A stretch of DNA of 47,224 nt from Polyangia bacterium (GTDB lineage Bacteria > Myxococcota_A > Polyangia > Nannocystales > Nannocystaceae): NCBI GenBank assembly GCA_030430565.1, contig JAUIKS010000008.1, positions 1-47,224 of the forward strand. The letters run 5' to 3'. The notes under the pieces were generated by a model, which saw only the letters and a program-made list of their open reading frames with translations, was not told where the DNA came from and did not search any database. The number at the start of each line of letters is the position of its first letter. The first letter of the stretch is position 1. Position numbers and translations under genes: made by a program. Shown here piece after piece: positions 9,901-18,301 of the stretch.

Positions 9901-10729
9901 CGACGACGAAGACCTCGAAGCCGGGCTCGCCGGAGCGTGACGATCGATCGAGGTCGTAGCCGGCCTTGGCGGTCTTCCGGCGCGTGCGCTTGCCGAGGTA
10001 GCGACGCTCCTCCGCCGGCGCGCTCGCGATCATCCAGGCGATCGCCGCGTCGCGCTCGGCGCTCGAGTCGAACCACCGGCTGCGCGCCAGCTCGCGCCCG
10101 TTCCGCGCGGTGATGACGAAGTACCAGCGCCCCGAGGACTCGCGCTTGGTGTAGCGGCGCTCGTCGCTGAGGGCGCGCAGCAGCGATCGCAGCAATTCGT
10201 CGCGCGGGTACTTCGCTACGACGCCGCGCGTGAACAGCAGCGGCTGACCGCGCTCGTCGTTGTAGTGCGCGCAGAACAGGCCGTCGCGCGCGCGCTGGAC
10301 CGCCTCGGCCCCGGCGACGCCCGAGCGCGAGCGCTGCTCTAGATCGTAGCGGATCGCCACGTTGAGCAGGACGGTGCGCCCGCGGCTGCGCGCGCGCGTG
10401 ATCGGGTAGCGGACCTTAAAGCTCTCGCCCGAGGCGGCCCACGCTCTGAGCGCGCCCAGCAGCTCCTCCGCCTCCTCCCGCTGCTCGCGGGCGTCGCTCG
10501 TCGCGAGCGTCGCGCCGAGCTCGTCGGTCACGACGAAGCCGAAGCCGCCCTCGACCGCGTCCACGCGCGTGTCGTCGCGCTCGCGCAGCTCGTCGACCGT
10601 CTCCTCGATCTTCTTGAGGCAGACGTCTCGATCCCCGTACTCGGGGCTGACTAACGCGACCGCGCCGCTGTCCAGGATCAGCTGGAAAGAGGTCTCGCCG
10701 CGGGGGTTCTGGAGCAGTCGGAAGTGCAT
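6926..10729 (-). CDS. Giant (1267 aa) protein with N-terminal tandem DUF1508/YegP-like repeats, a huge low-complexity P/A/E/K region and a C-terminal transmembrane tail anchor
   Basis: Six YegP-like modules, e.g. GRWYFVITARNGRELARSRWFDSSAERDAAIAWM, GHYLSIRSRNGRELARSRVLSSTREANACAEWI and KRYYFHFNDEGGAALLYSHGYGSTRSRDNG. Three copies of ...PAPEPA..VSSRFQ..VDDLSPEPA..., then KPEA(A/G/E)n, ATPATKPE and KKPAAKLEKK repeats, then a basic P/S/R/K-rich segment. Single hydrophobic helix ITIVVLLIILIVLLVFAI about 50 residues from the C-terminus. No N-terminal signal peptide. Confidence 0.7.
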   Translation of the reverse strand: MHFRLLQNPRGETSFQLILDSGAVALVSPEYGDRDVCLKKIEETVDELRERDDTRVDAVEGGFGFVVTDELGATLATSDAREQREEAEELLGALRAWAASGESFKVRYPITRARSRGRTVLLNVAIRYDLEQRSRSGVAGAEAVQRARDGLFCAHYNDERGQPLLFTRGVVAKYPRDELLRSLLRALSDERRYTKRESSGRWYFVITARNGRELARSRWFDSSAERDAAIAWMIASAPAEERRYLGKRTRRKTAKAGYDLDRSSRSGEPGFEVFVVEEGGKKRYYFHFNDEGGAALLYSHGYGSTRSRDNGVRSLIQAALMRSSYKVKPEGDGHYLSIRSRNGRELARSRVLSSTREANACAEWILTVIVKYGRKHGVRVNVSMWMEVPFDEEELKAAAALAPQPAPAPQPAPAPAPAVSSRFQRVAVDDLSPEPATQPAPEPAPKTEPAVSSRFQQLPVDDLSPEPALQPAPAPAPEAEPAVSSRFQKVSVDDLSPEPASQPEAAQETDELPVVDLIPPEEQGDAAASVERPQPEAAPSPGAEPAPADELAAAPEPAPEVHDARGAPADDASSDRAGVVEESQAEVEATPEAEAPSEAESKEEAKPEAGAKPEAETKPEATKPEAAAKPEAGAKPEAETKPEAAKPEAAAKPEAEAKPEEETKPRAAKPEAAEPEITPPATATPATKPEATATATPATKPESTAKATPATKPESTAKAAAKPAAKLEKKPAAKLEKKPAAKLEKKLEKKLEKQPEVTAEPDPTAKPTPEATAKPGAKAEPEDTGASASASQSGRRVTPVPIVIPASAMAWTADAPSSDAPRAKRQREPTAPSPPPEPWVPPADAPSDHDKKRPEPKATPGTPRLAPPTRAPSRPFPKLPTRPESKSNKLPSGATPPARSSKPLHLSSTRFPSRATSRAIPKFQPPTAKQQDPKRAPPKPPTIASRPLRQPREDHQQADPRVKPTPIAPPIPSKGASPPARPSGPKRRSVSGTIGKQAGAIVKDVAGAAAVAGVTAAGRSAARERLARRRQAPEPTEATPPETQAPAAEAGSASESSAAHRTTSTTEKTRIGRSPFVLTSTAERERDQGPPPRAGSSSNSWKRRQGEVASASEAAVAKISGRHPAVTEKPPVSAAAAGASAVSGAAEEEPRASTSARARAASAQQSEVLAIVRDDPAERARRITIVVLLIILIVLLVFAIRPESCMGTAGERRPGDVGLMNQPGLEGQEEHGEGPLAASQRARAGDGLDPDERDPSVYLDLSKKKRG
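8468..8930. repeat. Nested in-frame tandem repeats inside the giant gene: 24/30-bp KKPAAKLE units, 45-bp ATPATKPEST units and about 60-bp KPEA-type units
   Basis: gagcttcttctcgagcttcgccgcgggcttcttctc x3. ttcgcggttgactcgggcttcgtcgcgggcgtcgcc x3. Repeated gcctcgggcttcgccgcc / gcttcaggctttgctcccgcc blocks. Confidence 0.85.
9230..9490. repeat. Three tandem copies of a ~93-99 bp unit encoding the PA(P)EPA-VSSRFQ-VDDLSPEPA motif
   Basis: gctggctcggg(a/g)gacaggtcatc(g/a/c)acc... gaaccgcgagctgaccgctggctcgg recurs at about 9231, 9330 and 9424. Confidence 0.85.
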
Positions 10730-11214
10730 GGGGATGACGCTGCGCGCGGGCTCGGGCGCAGCGGGCGGGTCAGTTCAGACAGGTCTCTTGAGGCATATTT
10801 AGATCAGCGCGCGAGCTCGCGGTACGCCCGAGGCCGCGCCCGTCCTGATCGGGGCGCGCCGGGGCCCGCCCGCGCGGGCGCGCCTTGGGAACGCGCGCTG
10901 TGACTACGTAGACCATCGCTCGTGGCGCTGCGGCGTCCGCCGCGTCGCGTACCGCATCGTAGCGTGGATCCGGCGCGGGGCGCTGTTTCTCGCGAGCGCG
11001 AGGAGGCCGACGCCGCGAGCGCTGACGCGCGCGAGCGCTGGCGCGCCCGCTCGCGCGCAATTTCGTCACTGTCCTACGCGACATATCCCTGGGGACAACG
11101 CGATCCGAGCGGCGCCGCGCCGCGCGGCGCCGCGCGAGCTGACCATTTGCACATACAGGAAACGACGCGCGCGCGGACTTGCGCGAGCGCGGCCCGAGGG
11201 TTTACTTCACGGGC

Positions 11215-11940
11215 ATGCCGACCGACACGCCCGTCACGCTCCGCTACTTCGACTGCCGCGGCCGCGCGCAGGGGCTGCGCTACCTCCTCGTCGACGCGGG
11301 GGTCGAGTTCACCGACGATCGCGTCCCCTTCGACGACACCTGGTCGCGGCGCAAGCACGAGCTCGAGTTCGGCGGGCCGTTCGGCGCGCTCCCCGTCTTG
11401 CGCTGGGGTGAGACGATCGTCGCGCAGACCGAGGCCGTCGCGCTGTTTCTGGCGCGCGCGCTCGAGCTCGCGGGCGACGGCGGCGACTACGAGCTCAGCA
11501 TGACCGTCGCGCTCTCCGCCTTCGCGCACCAAGACCTCCTGCAGCCGGCGCTCGGCGTGCTCTGGCAAGCGCCCGGCGCCGACTTGGAGACCGTCCGCGG
11601 CGCGCGAGCGGCCGCGCGCGACCGACTGCGGCCGCGGCTCGAGAAGCTCGAGTGCTGGCTGACGTCGCGGGGCCCGCTGCTGCTCGGCGCGCGGCCGTGC
11701 GCCGGCGACTACCTCGTGCTCGAGGCGCTCGAGGCGATCATCACGCTGGTGGGCGCGGAGCTCCTCGACGACGCGCCGCGCGTTCGCGCCCAGAGAGAGG
11801 CCCTGCGCGCGCGCCCTCGCCTCTCCGCCTACCTCCGCGCGGGCGCGCGGCCAGGGCGCTTCTCCGGCAGCCCCGCCGAGCCGGAGATCCTCGAGCAGCT
11901 CGCCACGCTCACCGATCCCGCGCCAGAGGCGAGCGCGTGA
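11215..11940 (+). CDS. Glutathione S-transferase family protein
   Basis: MPTDTPVTLRYFDCRGRAQGLRYLL... N-terminal thioredoxin-like GST fold. PVLRWGETIVAQTEAVALFLA resembles the GST cis-Pro/Ser loop. Followed by a helical C-terminal domain. ATG at 11215 preferred over the upstream in-frame ATG at 11179. Confidence 0.7.
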   Translation: MPTDTPVTLRYFDCRGRAQGLRYLLVDAGVEFTDDRVPFDDTWSRRKHELEFGGPFGALPVLRWGETIVAQTEAVALFLARALELAGDGGDYELSMTVALSAFAHQDLLQPALGVLWQAPGADLETVRGARAAARDRLRPRLEKLECWLTSRGPLLLGARPCAGDYLVLEALEAIITLVGAELLDDAPRVRAQREALRARPRLSAYLRAGARPGRFSGSPAEPEILEQLATLTDPAPEASA

Positions 11941-11996
11941 ACAAGGTTTCGGCCCGCCGTCGTGACGACCACCGCGACTTGCGGTAGGCACGCCCG

Positions 11997-14519
11997 GTGT
12001 CGGGGCTTTGCAGCGCGATCCTGCTCATCACCGCGCTCGCGGTGACCGGCGGCGCGTGGACGCGGGTGGGTCCCGCGCGCGCGCTCGCGCTCGGGATCGC
12101 GGTCCCGATCGTCACGACGAGCGCGCTCGGGATCGCGTTGCTCGATCTCGGCGCGCTGCGCCACGGCCCGCTCGTCCTCGGGCTGCTGGCGCTCGGGGTC
12201 GCGCAGCTCGCCGGCGTCGCGCTGCTGCGTCGGCGCCTCCCCGCCCGCCCGCCGACGCCTCGCCCCGCGCCCGCGCGCGTGGCCTGCTGGCTCGCGGCGC
12301 TCGTGATCATCGCGCTCGGGACTTGGCTGCGCGCCGCTCCGTCCCCGTACCTGCACGGAGGGCAAGATCAGGGCATCTACGTCAACGTCGGGCACCACAT
12401 CGCGCGGACGGGCCGACTCCGCCCTGTCGATCCGCTCATGGCCGGACGCGTCCGCGGCGTTCGAGGGGCGGACATCCGCGCGGCGCACAACGTCCGCGCG
12501 CTCGCCGAGGACTCGCCGCTACGGGGTCGCAGCGAGGGCCGCTGGCTCGCGGGCCTGCACATCGAGCACGCCCGCAGCGGCCGCCTCGTCCCCGCTTTCT
12601 TCCACCTGCTGCCGACGTGGTTCGCGATGGCCGAGCTCGACCTCGGCTTCGCGCGCTCGACCTGGCCCTTAACGCTCTTCGCGTGCCTCTCGCTGGTCGC
12701 CGCGCTCGGCCTCGGGCTGCAGATCGGCGCCGGCTGCTCGAGGGGCGCTGGCCCGCGGCCGCTGTGGACCTGGTCCTCGGGTCTGCTCGCCGCGCTCGCG
12801 CTCACGCTCCAGCCGCTCGACCTGTGGTTCTCGAGCTTCCCCGTGACCGAGAACCTCGCGCGCGCGAGCCTGCTCGGCGCGGCGTGGCTCGGGATCGAGT
12901 CGACCCGCGCCGATAATCAAGAGACCGTCGCGCCGCTGCTCGGCCTCCTGGCCGGCGCGGTCTTCAGCCTCGGCGTGTTCGCCCGCGGCTCGGCGCTCGC
13001 GCTCGCGCTCGTGCTGATCGCGTGCTCGCTCGTTACGCCGCGCACGCCGGCCCGCGGGGCGCTGCTGCTCGCGCTGCTGCTCGGCGCGTCGCTCGGCGCC
13101 GCCCAGGCGATCGAGCACTCGTGGCCGTACTTCTTTCACGCCGCGCACCGCCACTTCCCGATCCCGCAGCTCACGCCAGACCCCAACCTCGCGGCCGCGA
13201 TCGCGCTGATCGCCGCCGCCGCGCTCTACCTGCTCGATCGCGCGCTCGCGGAGTTCTTCGACGAGGCGCGCGCGCGCGCGGCGTGGCTCCTGCGACCGCT
13301 CGCGGCCGCGCTGCTGCTCGCGGCGCTCGCGGCCGCGGCACTGCGCGCGCGCGCGGCCCTCGCCGGCGGCGAGCTCGGGATCAACCAGCAGGTCCTGGTC
13401 GCGCTCGCGCGCCACGGGGGCGCGGTGTACGTGCTCCTCGGCCTCCTCGGCCTCGGCCTCGCGGTCCGACGCGTCGCGCCCCCGCTCCTCCCCTGGCTCA
13501 CGCTCGCGGCCGCGATCGCGGCGCTCGAGCTGCGCTCGCCCGGGGTGCGCTACGAGTTCTACTACGCGCGCTACCACGTCGCCGCGCTCGCGCCGGCGCT
13601 CGTGATCAGCGCGACCTATCTGATCAACCATGTCACCTCGTGGGCGCGCCGCCGCGGGGGCCCGCGCGCCGCCGCGCTCACCTGCGGCGCGCTGCTGGTC
13701 GCCTGGATCGTCCCGCCCCTGCCGCAGCTGCGCGCGCCGGCGTTCTGGACGCGAGATCTCGAGCGCGGCCCGACCCAGCTCCGCGAGCTGTTCGCGCTCG
13801 TGCCAGACGACGCGGTGCTGTTCTTCGACGCGCGCGCGCCGGGCCGCTTCCGCGACGTCCTCGCCACACCCGCGCTGCTCAGCTTCGGCAAGCGCGTGCT
13901 CGTCTACCCCGACATCCGCCTGGTCGAGCGGATGGTCAACGCGGGCACGCCCGTCTACATGCTCTCCGGCGGATGGGAGCCAGAGGACCGCCAGCGCTGG
14001 CCGCGGGCGGAGTATGGCCCTTGGTACACAAACGTCGTCGCGCGCGGGACGTACCTCGCGCCGCGCGCGGAGATCGTCGCCGGCGGCGCGCCGCGCGAGC
14101 TCGTCGATCACGGCGGTCGCTGGGAGCTGCACGAGCTCGACCGCTCCGTCTGGCGCGATCACGGCGCGCTCTCCCTCTACCCCGGCAGCCGGTTCCTGAC
14201 GCGCGACGACGCGGGCGGGATCGAGAGCGAGCCGCTGCCGCTGCGCTGGGCCCCTAGCGCGCGGCTCGAGCTCGCGCTCGCGCCCGAGCCGGACACCGCG
14301 ACCTCCGAGTGCAGCGTCGACGCGGCGCTCGACGATCGACGCTCGCTCCCGCGCGAGCGCACGGGCGACCCGGCGCTGCTGCGCTGGCGCATGCCGCCGC
14401 CGCCGGACGACTTGCTCGCGCTCGCGCCGACGCGCGTCACGATCACCCTCGACTGCCAAGGCGCCCGGCCGCGCTGGCGCCGGCTGAGCGTGCGCTGGGA
14501 GCCGCGCGCGCGCGAGTGA
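11997..14519 (+). CDS. Polytopic integral membrane protein (about 14 predicted TM helices plus a ~250-aa C-terminal soluble domain), possibly a GT-C-type glycosyltransferase
   Basis: GTG start. Many long hydrophobic helices. The first large loop PSPYLHGGQDQGIYVNVGHHIARTG is reminiscent of the acidic-loop motif of ArnT/PMT-type GT-C enzymes. The family assignment is tentative. Confidence 0.6.
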   Translation: MSGLCSAILLITALAVTGGAWTRVGPARALALGIAVPIVTTSALGIALLDLGALRHGPLVLGLLALGVAQLAGVALLRRRLPARPPTPRPAPARVACWLAALVIIALGTWLRAAPSPYLHGGQDQGIYVNVGHHIARTGRLRPVDPLMAGRVRGVRGADIRAAHNVRALAEDSPLRGRSEGRWLAGLHIEHARSGRLVPAFFHLLPTWFAMAELDLGFARSTWPLTLFACLSLVAALGLGLQIGAGCSRGAGPRPLWTWSSGLLAALALTLQPLDLWFSSFPVTENLARASLLGAAWLGIESTRADNQETVAPLLGLLAGAVFSLGVFARGSALALALVLIACSLVTPRTPARGALLLALLLGASLGAAQAIEHSWPYFFHAAHRHFPIPQLTPDPNLAAAIALIAAAALYLLDRALAEFFDEARARAAWLLRPLAAALLLAALAAAALRARAALAGGELGINQQVLVALARHGGAVYVLLGLLGLGLAVRRVAPPLLPWLTLAAAIAALELRSPGVRYEFYYARYHVAALAPALVISATYLINHVTSWARRRGGPRAAALTCGALLVAWIVPPLPQLRAPAFWTRDLERGPTQLRELFALVPDDAVLFFDARAPGRFRDVLATPALLSFGKRVLVYPDIRLVERMVNAGTPVYMLSGGWEPEDRQRWPRAEYGPWYTNVVARGTYLAPRAEIVAGGAPRELVDHGGRWELHELDRSVWRDHGALSLYPGSRFLTRDDAGGIESEPLPLRWAPSARLELALAPEPDTATSECSVDAALDDRRSLPRERTGDPALLRWRMPPPPDDLLALAPTRVTITLDCQGARPRWRRLSVRWEPRARE

Positions 14520-14538
14520 TCCATGTACCATCGGCGGA

Positions 14539-15870
14539 GTGGACGAGGCCGACATGTCTGAATCATCAGTCGATGACGCAGACACCCAAGAGCGCGACGC
14601 GACCCCGCAGCCGGGGCTCTTGCAGGTCTGGTCCAAGGGCGGTCCGGCCCACCGGGCGCTCCCCTGCGCGCCCGAGCTGTTCCTCGGTCGTGACGGGGAG
14701 CGCGGCGCGGTCGCGCTCGGTGATCGCCGCGTCTCGCGTCGTCACTGCCGCGTGAAGTTCGACGGCGCGGCCTGGCTGGTCGACGACCTCGGGAGCAGCA
14801 ACGGGACGTTCGTCGACGGCAACCGCGTCTCGACGAAGCTCTTCACGCGGCCGCCGCGGGTGCTCCGCCTCGGCCACTGCCTGCTCGTGCCCGTCGCGGA
14901 TCTCGCGAAGGTCGCCGGGCGCGTCGAGACCCAGGACGACGCGGTCGCGGGGCCGCGACTCCGTCGCCTGCTCGCCCGCGCCCGCGACTTCGCCGCGGTC
15001 AGCGACACCCTGCTCATCCGCGGCGAGGCCGGCGTCGGCAAGCGGCGGATCGCGCGCGCGTTTCATCACCGCGCCGCCGGCCCGGGGCGCCCCTTCGTCG
15101 AGGTCGACTGCGCGAACCTGCCCGAAGGAACCGCCGAGCGACTGCTCTTCGGCGCCCGCGTCGGCGGGCCTGAGTTCGGCTACATGCTCGCCGCCGACGG
15201 CGGCACGCTGCTGCTCAGCGAACCAGGCGCGCTCGACGATCGGGTCCAGCGCAGGCTCCTGCGCGCGCTCGAGACCCGGGCCGTGCTCGCGGTCGGCGGC
15301 GCGCGGCCCAGGCCCGTCGACCTCCGGCTCTGCGTCACGACCCGCCACGACCCACGCCAGCAGCTCCGCGAGCGTCGCCTTCGTCAGGACCTGTACGTTC
15401 GCGTCGGTCGCCCCGAGCTCGAGGTGCCCCCGCTGCGCGAGCGCGTGGAGGAGATCCCCTGCCTGATCCAGCGCGCGCTCCGGCTCGCGCGCCCGGGGAC
15501 CGGCGCGCACGCCTCGCTCGTCGAGCGCTGCCTGCTGCGCCACTGGCCCGGCAACACCCGCGAGCTGCTCGCCGAGCTCGAGGACGCGCGCCGGCACGCC
15601 CGCCGAGACGGCCGCGACGAGGTCCGCGGCGACGATCTAGACGAGCTCGCCGGCCGTCGCCCGGAGTCCCGCGAGCCGGCGTCGCCCCGTCGACGCGCGA
15701 GCACGCTGCGCCGCGCGGCCGTCGAGAACGCGCTCGTCGAGGCCGGGGGCGAGCTCTCGCGCGCCGCCAAGCTGCTCGGCGTCCACCGCTCGCAGCTGCG
15801 TCGCTGGCTCGCGCGCAAGGGCATGGATCCCGTCGCGTACGCGCGGTCGAACGAGCGGCAGACCTCGTAG
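14539..15870 (+). CDS. FHA-domain transcriptional regulator with a degenerate sigma-54-activator-type AAA+ domain and a C-terminal Fis-type HTH
   Basis: FHA: LFLGRD..RRHCRV..DGAAWLVDDLGSSNGTFVDGNRV. AAA+: Walker A GEAGVGKRRIARAFH, RLLRALE. GAFTGA is replaced by GARVGG, and Walker B GGTLLLSE has S for D. HTH: SRAAKLLGVHRSQLRRWLARKG. Confidence 0.8.
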   Translation: MDEADMSESSVDDADTQERDATPQPGLLQVWSKGGPAHRALPCAPELFLGRDGERGAVALGDRRVSRRHCRVKFDGAAWLVDDLGSSNGTFVDGNRVSTKLFTRPPRVLRLGHCLLVPVADLAKVAGRVETQDDAVAGPRLRRLLARARDFAAVSDTLLIRGEAGVGKRRIARAFHHRAAGPGRPFVEVDCANLPEGTAERLLFGARVGGPEFGYMLAADGGTLLLSEPGALDDRVQRRLLRALETRAVLAVGGARPRPVDLRLCVTTRHDPRQQLRERRLRQDLYVRVGRPELEVPPLRERVEEIPCLIQRALRLARPGTGAHASLVERCLLRHWPGNTRELLAELEDARRHARRDGRDEVRGDDLDELAGRRPESREPASPRRRASTLRRAAVENALVEAGGELSRAAKLLGVHRSQLRRWLARKGMDPVAYARSNERQTS

Positions 15871-15896
15871 CCGCGCGCGCTCCGGCGCTGAGGCGC

Positions 15897-17573
15897 TCAA
15901 CCGGGGCCGAGCAAGATCTCCGCCGAGTCGGGGATCATCAGCGGCAGCGGCGGCGCGTGGGGCCCCTTGCCTTGGTGCGGGTGATCGGCGGGGTCGCCGA
16001 TCTGCGTCTCGATCACCTCACCTGGCTTCCAGGTAATGTGCCAACGCGCGGGGCGGTAGCCGGTCACCGCGTCGCAGGCGGTGTGCAGCGTGTCCCCCTC
16101 GGTCCAGCGCGCGATCTCGTTGACCGAGGCCGGCGCGGGGTGGTCCGCTGGGACCGGGAGCAGCGCGCCGGTCTGGACCGCGCGCAGCACGACCCAGCGC
16201 TCGGCGACGTGTCGACCGCGATACCAACGCGGCGGGACGCCGCCGTCGACAGGGAGCGGAGCGCCCTCCTCGGTGAGGAACTGCGCGATGGTCGGGTGCA
16301 GCTGGTCGTGCGGGCGCGGGTCGACGAGCTGGAGGTTGATCGCGGCGCTCAGGCTCATCCAGCTGTCCGGTTCGCCAGGTTCTCCGGGCAGCCGCGCGCC
16401 GACCAGCGTCACCTGCCCGTCGGGGGTGGCGAGCGCCCGCAGGACCGCCGTGTGATCGGCCCACCACGCGCGCGACGCCTCCAGCAGCGCGGGCCCGGTC
16501 GGCGCGTCGGCGGGCGCGTAGAGCCCCGCGAGCGCCATCGCGGCGACGCCTCCCTGCCAGAAGCCCACGTACTGACCGACCGCCTCGTGCCGCATGTGCC
16601 CCTGCTCGGCGTCGAGCTCCAGCAGCAGCACGCAATTCTGCGCGGCGATCTCGAACTGCGCCACGTCCTGCGCGAGCGCGTAGCCCAGCGCCGAGACCCC
16701 GAGCCACAGCAGCGCGTGGTTCTGGCTGCCGGCGCCGTCGAGCTCGTACCAGCCCGACGGCCCCGCGCTGGGGTCGAGCGGCACCACCGGCGCCCCGGCG
16801 TCGAAGGCGTTCCAGAGGTTCTGCAGCGGGTAGTCCTCGTAGGCCATCCCGAACTCGACCCAGCCGGGATCGGGCGGGTCGAAGATCGGGCGCTCGTAGT
16901 CGGTGAGCACGAACAGCTGATCGGGCGGGATGTACGGGGGGACCTGCTCGGGAGGACAGTAGTTCGCGGCCTCCGAGCAGCTCGCGGCGCCGACGCAGCC
17001 GGCGTTGGCGAGCGTGATCGCGGCGGCGCTCGACTGCGCGCCGTCGTGCAGGGCCCAGGCGCTCCACGCCCCGAGCAGCGAGTCGGCGCAGTCGCTCGTG
17101 CCGCCGTGGACCAGCTCGTAGACCCCGACCCCGGCGTCGTCGAGCGCGAGCTCCTGGTACACGAAGGGCGCGACGCCGCAGCCGTCCTTGGCGACCATCA
17201 GCTGCACCTCGGCGCCCGGCGGGCCGTGGACTTCGAAGCGCGCCGCGAAGCCCGGCCTGTCGGTGATGGAGAGGTCGACGCACTCGCCGTCGGCGACGTC
17301 GATCTCGAGCGTCAGCGCGGCGCCGCCGGTGGTGCCGGACTCGGTCGCGCTCTCGACCCCCGTCGTCGCGCCTGGCCCTGCGGTCGAGCCGTCATCGCTC
17401 GACGAGCCGTCCGCGCTCGTCCCGGAGGACGACGCGCTCGCGCCCGCGCTGCCCGGGAGCCCCGTGAGCCCGCCGTCGGATCCGGTGGCGCCCGGGTCTC
17501 CCCCGCTGCACGCGAGCGCGAGCGATCCGAAGACGAGCGCGGGGATGCTGACGCGCGACGGTGTGTGAGCCAT
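15897..17573 (-). CDS. Hypothetical secreted lipoprotein (558 aa) with a Gly/Ser-rich linker
   Basis: Signal plus lipobox SLALAC, then GS-rich linker. Trp-, Tyr- and Asp-rich globular region. The overlapping + ORF 15957..18137 is R/A/G-rich antisense. Confidence 0.6.
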   Translation of the reverse strand: MAHTPSRVSIPALVFGSLALACSGGDPGATGSDGGLTGLPGSAGASASSSGTSADGSSSDDGSTAGPGATTGVESATESGTTGGAALTLEIDVADGECVDLSITDRPGFAARFEVHGPPGAEVQLMVAKDGCGVAPFVYQELALDDAGVGVYELVHGGTSDCADSLLGAWSAWALHDGAQSSAAAITLANAGCVGAASCSEAANYCPPEQVPPYIPPDQLFVLTDYERPIFDPPDPGWVEFGMAYEDYPLQNLWNAFDAGAPVVPLDPSAGPSGWYELDGAGSQNHALLWLGVSALGYALAQDVAQFEIAAQNCVLLLELDAEQGHMRHEAVGQYVGFWQGGVAAMALAGLYAPADAPTGPALLEASRAWWADHTAVLRALATPDGQVTLVGARLPGEPGEPDSWMSLSAAINLQLVDPRPHDQLHPTIAQFLTEEGAPLPVDGGVPPRWYRGRHVAERWVVLRAVQTGALLPVPADHPAPASVNEIARWTEGDTLHTACDAVTGYRPARWHITWKPGEVIETQIGDPADHPHQGKGPHAPPLPLMIPDSAEILLGPG

Positions 17574-17717
17574 GCGTCCACGCTACCGACTCGCGCGCGC
17601 GCGCGTCTACCTCGGCGTCCGTGGGCCCCGCGAGTCGTTGTATGCGCACGCGTGGCGGCGCGCGACGACGACACGCAGACCCCGTCGCGGGTCGACGCGC
17701 GAGAGCGCGCGCCCGCG

Positions 17718-18131
17718 TCAGTCGATGAAGTCGACCCGCGCCTCGCCGTCGACCTTGCGCACGTGCACGACGGTCCCCCGCGAGCCGCCGCTCGTCGGGC
17801 ACATGTCAAACGTGAACACCCGCGTCGTCGCGGTCGACCGCGCTTTGAGCTCCCGCGGCGGCGACTCGAGCTGCTGGCCGGGCGCGCACGCCTCGGGGTC
17901 GCGGTAGTGGACTTCGAACTCGGTCTCGGTCTCGACGACGTGATCAAAGACGACCGCCGCGCCCGCGAGCTGAGCCCGGTAGGCGTCGGCGAGCCGGCGC
18001 GCGTCGGCGGCGGTCAGCGCCTCGGGGTCGGTCGCCGGATTCGCGGACTCGTGGGCTCGACCCGCGCAGGCCGAGGCCGTGAGCGCGAGCGCGACGAGGA
18101 TGACCGAGTAGACATGTCGTTTCCCCCCCAT
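17718..18131 (-). CDS. Small hypothetical lipoprotein
   Basis: Internal ATG at 18131 gives MGGKRHVYSVILVALALTASAC (lipobox). Longer alternatives begin at 18161 or 18206. Confidence 0.45.
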   Translation of the reverse strand: MGGKRHVYSVILVALALTASACAGRAHESANPATDPEALTAADARRLADAYRAQLAGAAVVFDHVVETETEFEVHYRDPEACAPGQQLESPPRELKARSTATTRVFTFDMCPTSGGSRGTVVHVRKVDGEARVDFID

Positions 18132-18301
18132 CCGTAGCGCTCGAAGTGTAGCGCGACTCATCGGGCAGCCGCGCCGGATCGAGGTTCGCGGGCGCTCGGG
18201 CGGCACGCGGCGAGTGAGAGCAGGAGAGGCGCGAAGGTAGGCCTACGACGCGTGCGCACCGGCGGACCCTACCTTTCTTCGCCCGAGAACCGAACTCGCC
18301 G

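Noticed and set aside
10770-11084. 104-aa minus ORF inside the 485-bp intergenic region
   Set aside because: Arg-rich, no start context and no domain. The region is better explained as a divergent promoter/operator space.
18234-18276. Hairpin (aaggtagg ... cctacctt, including the 10-bp palindrome gtaggcctac) between metG and the small lipoprotein gene
   Set aside because: Could be a metG terminator, but on the transcribed (minus) strand it is not followed by a U-tract. Kept only as a note.
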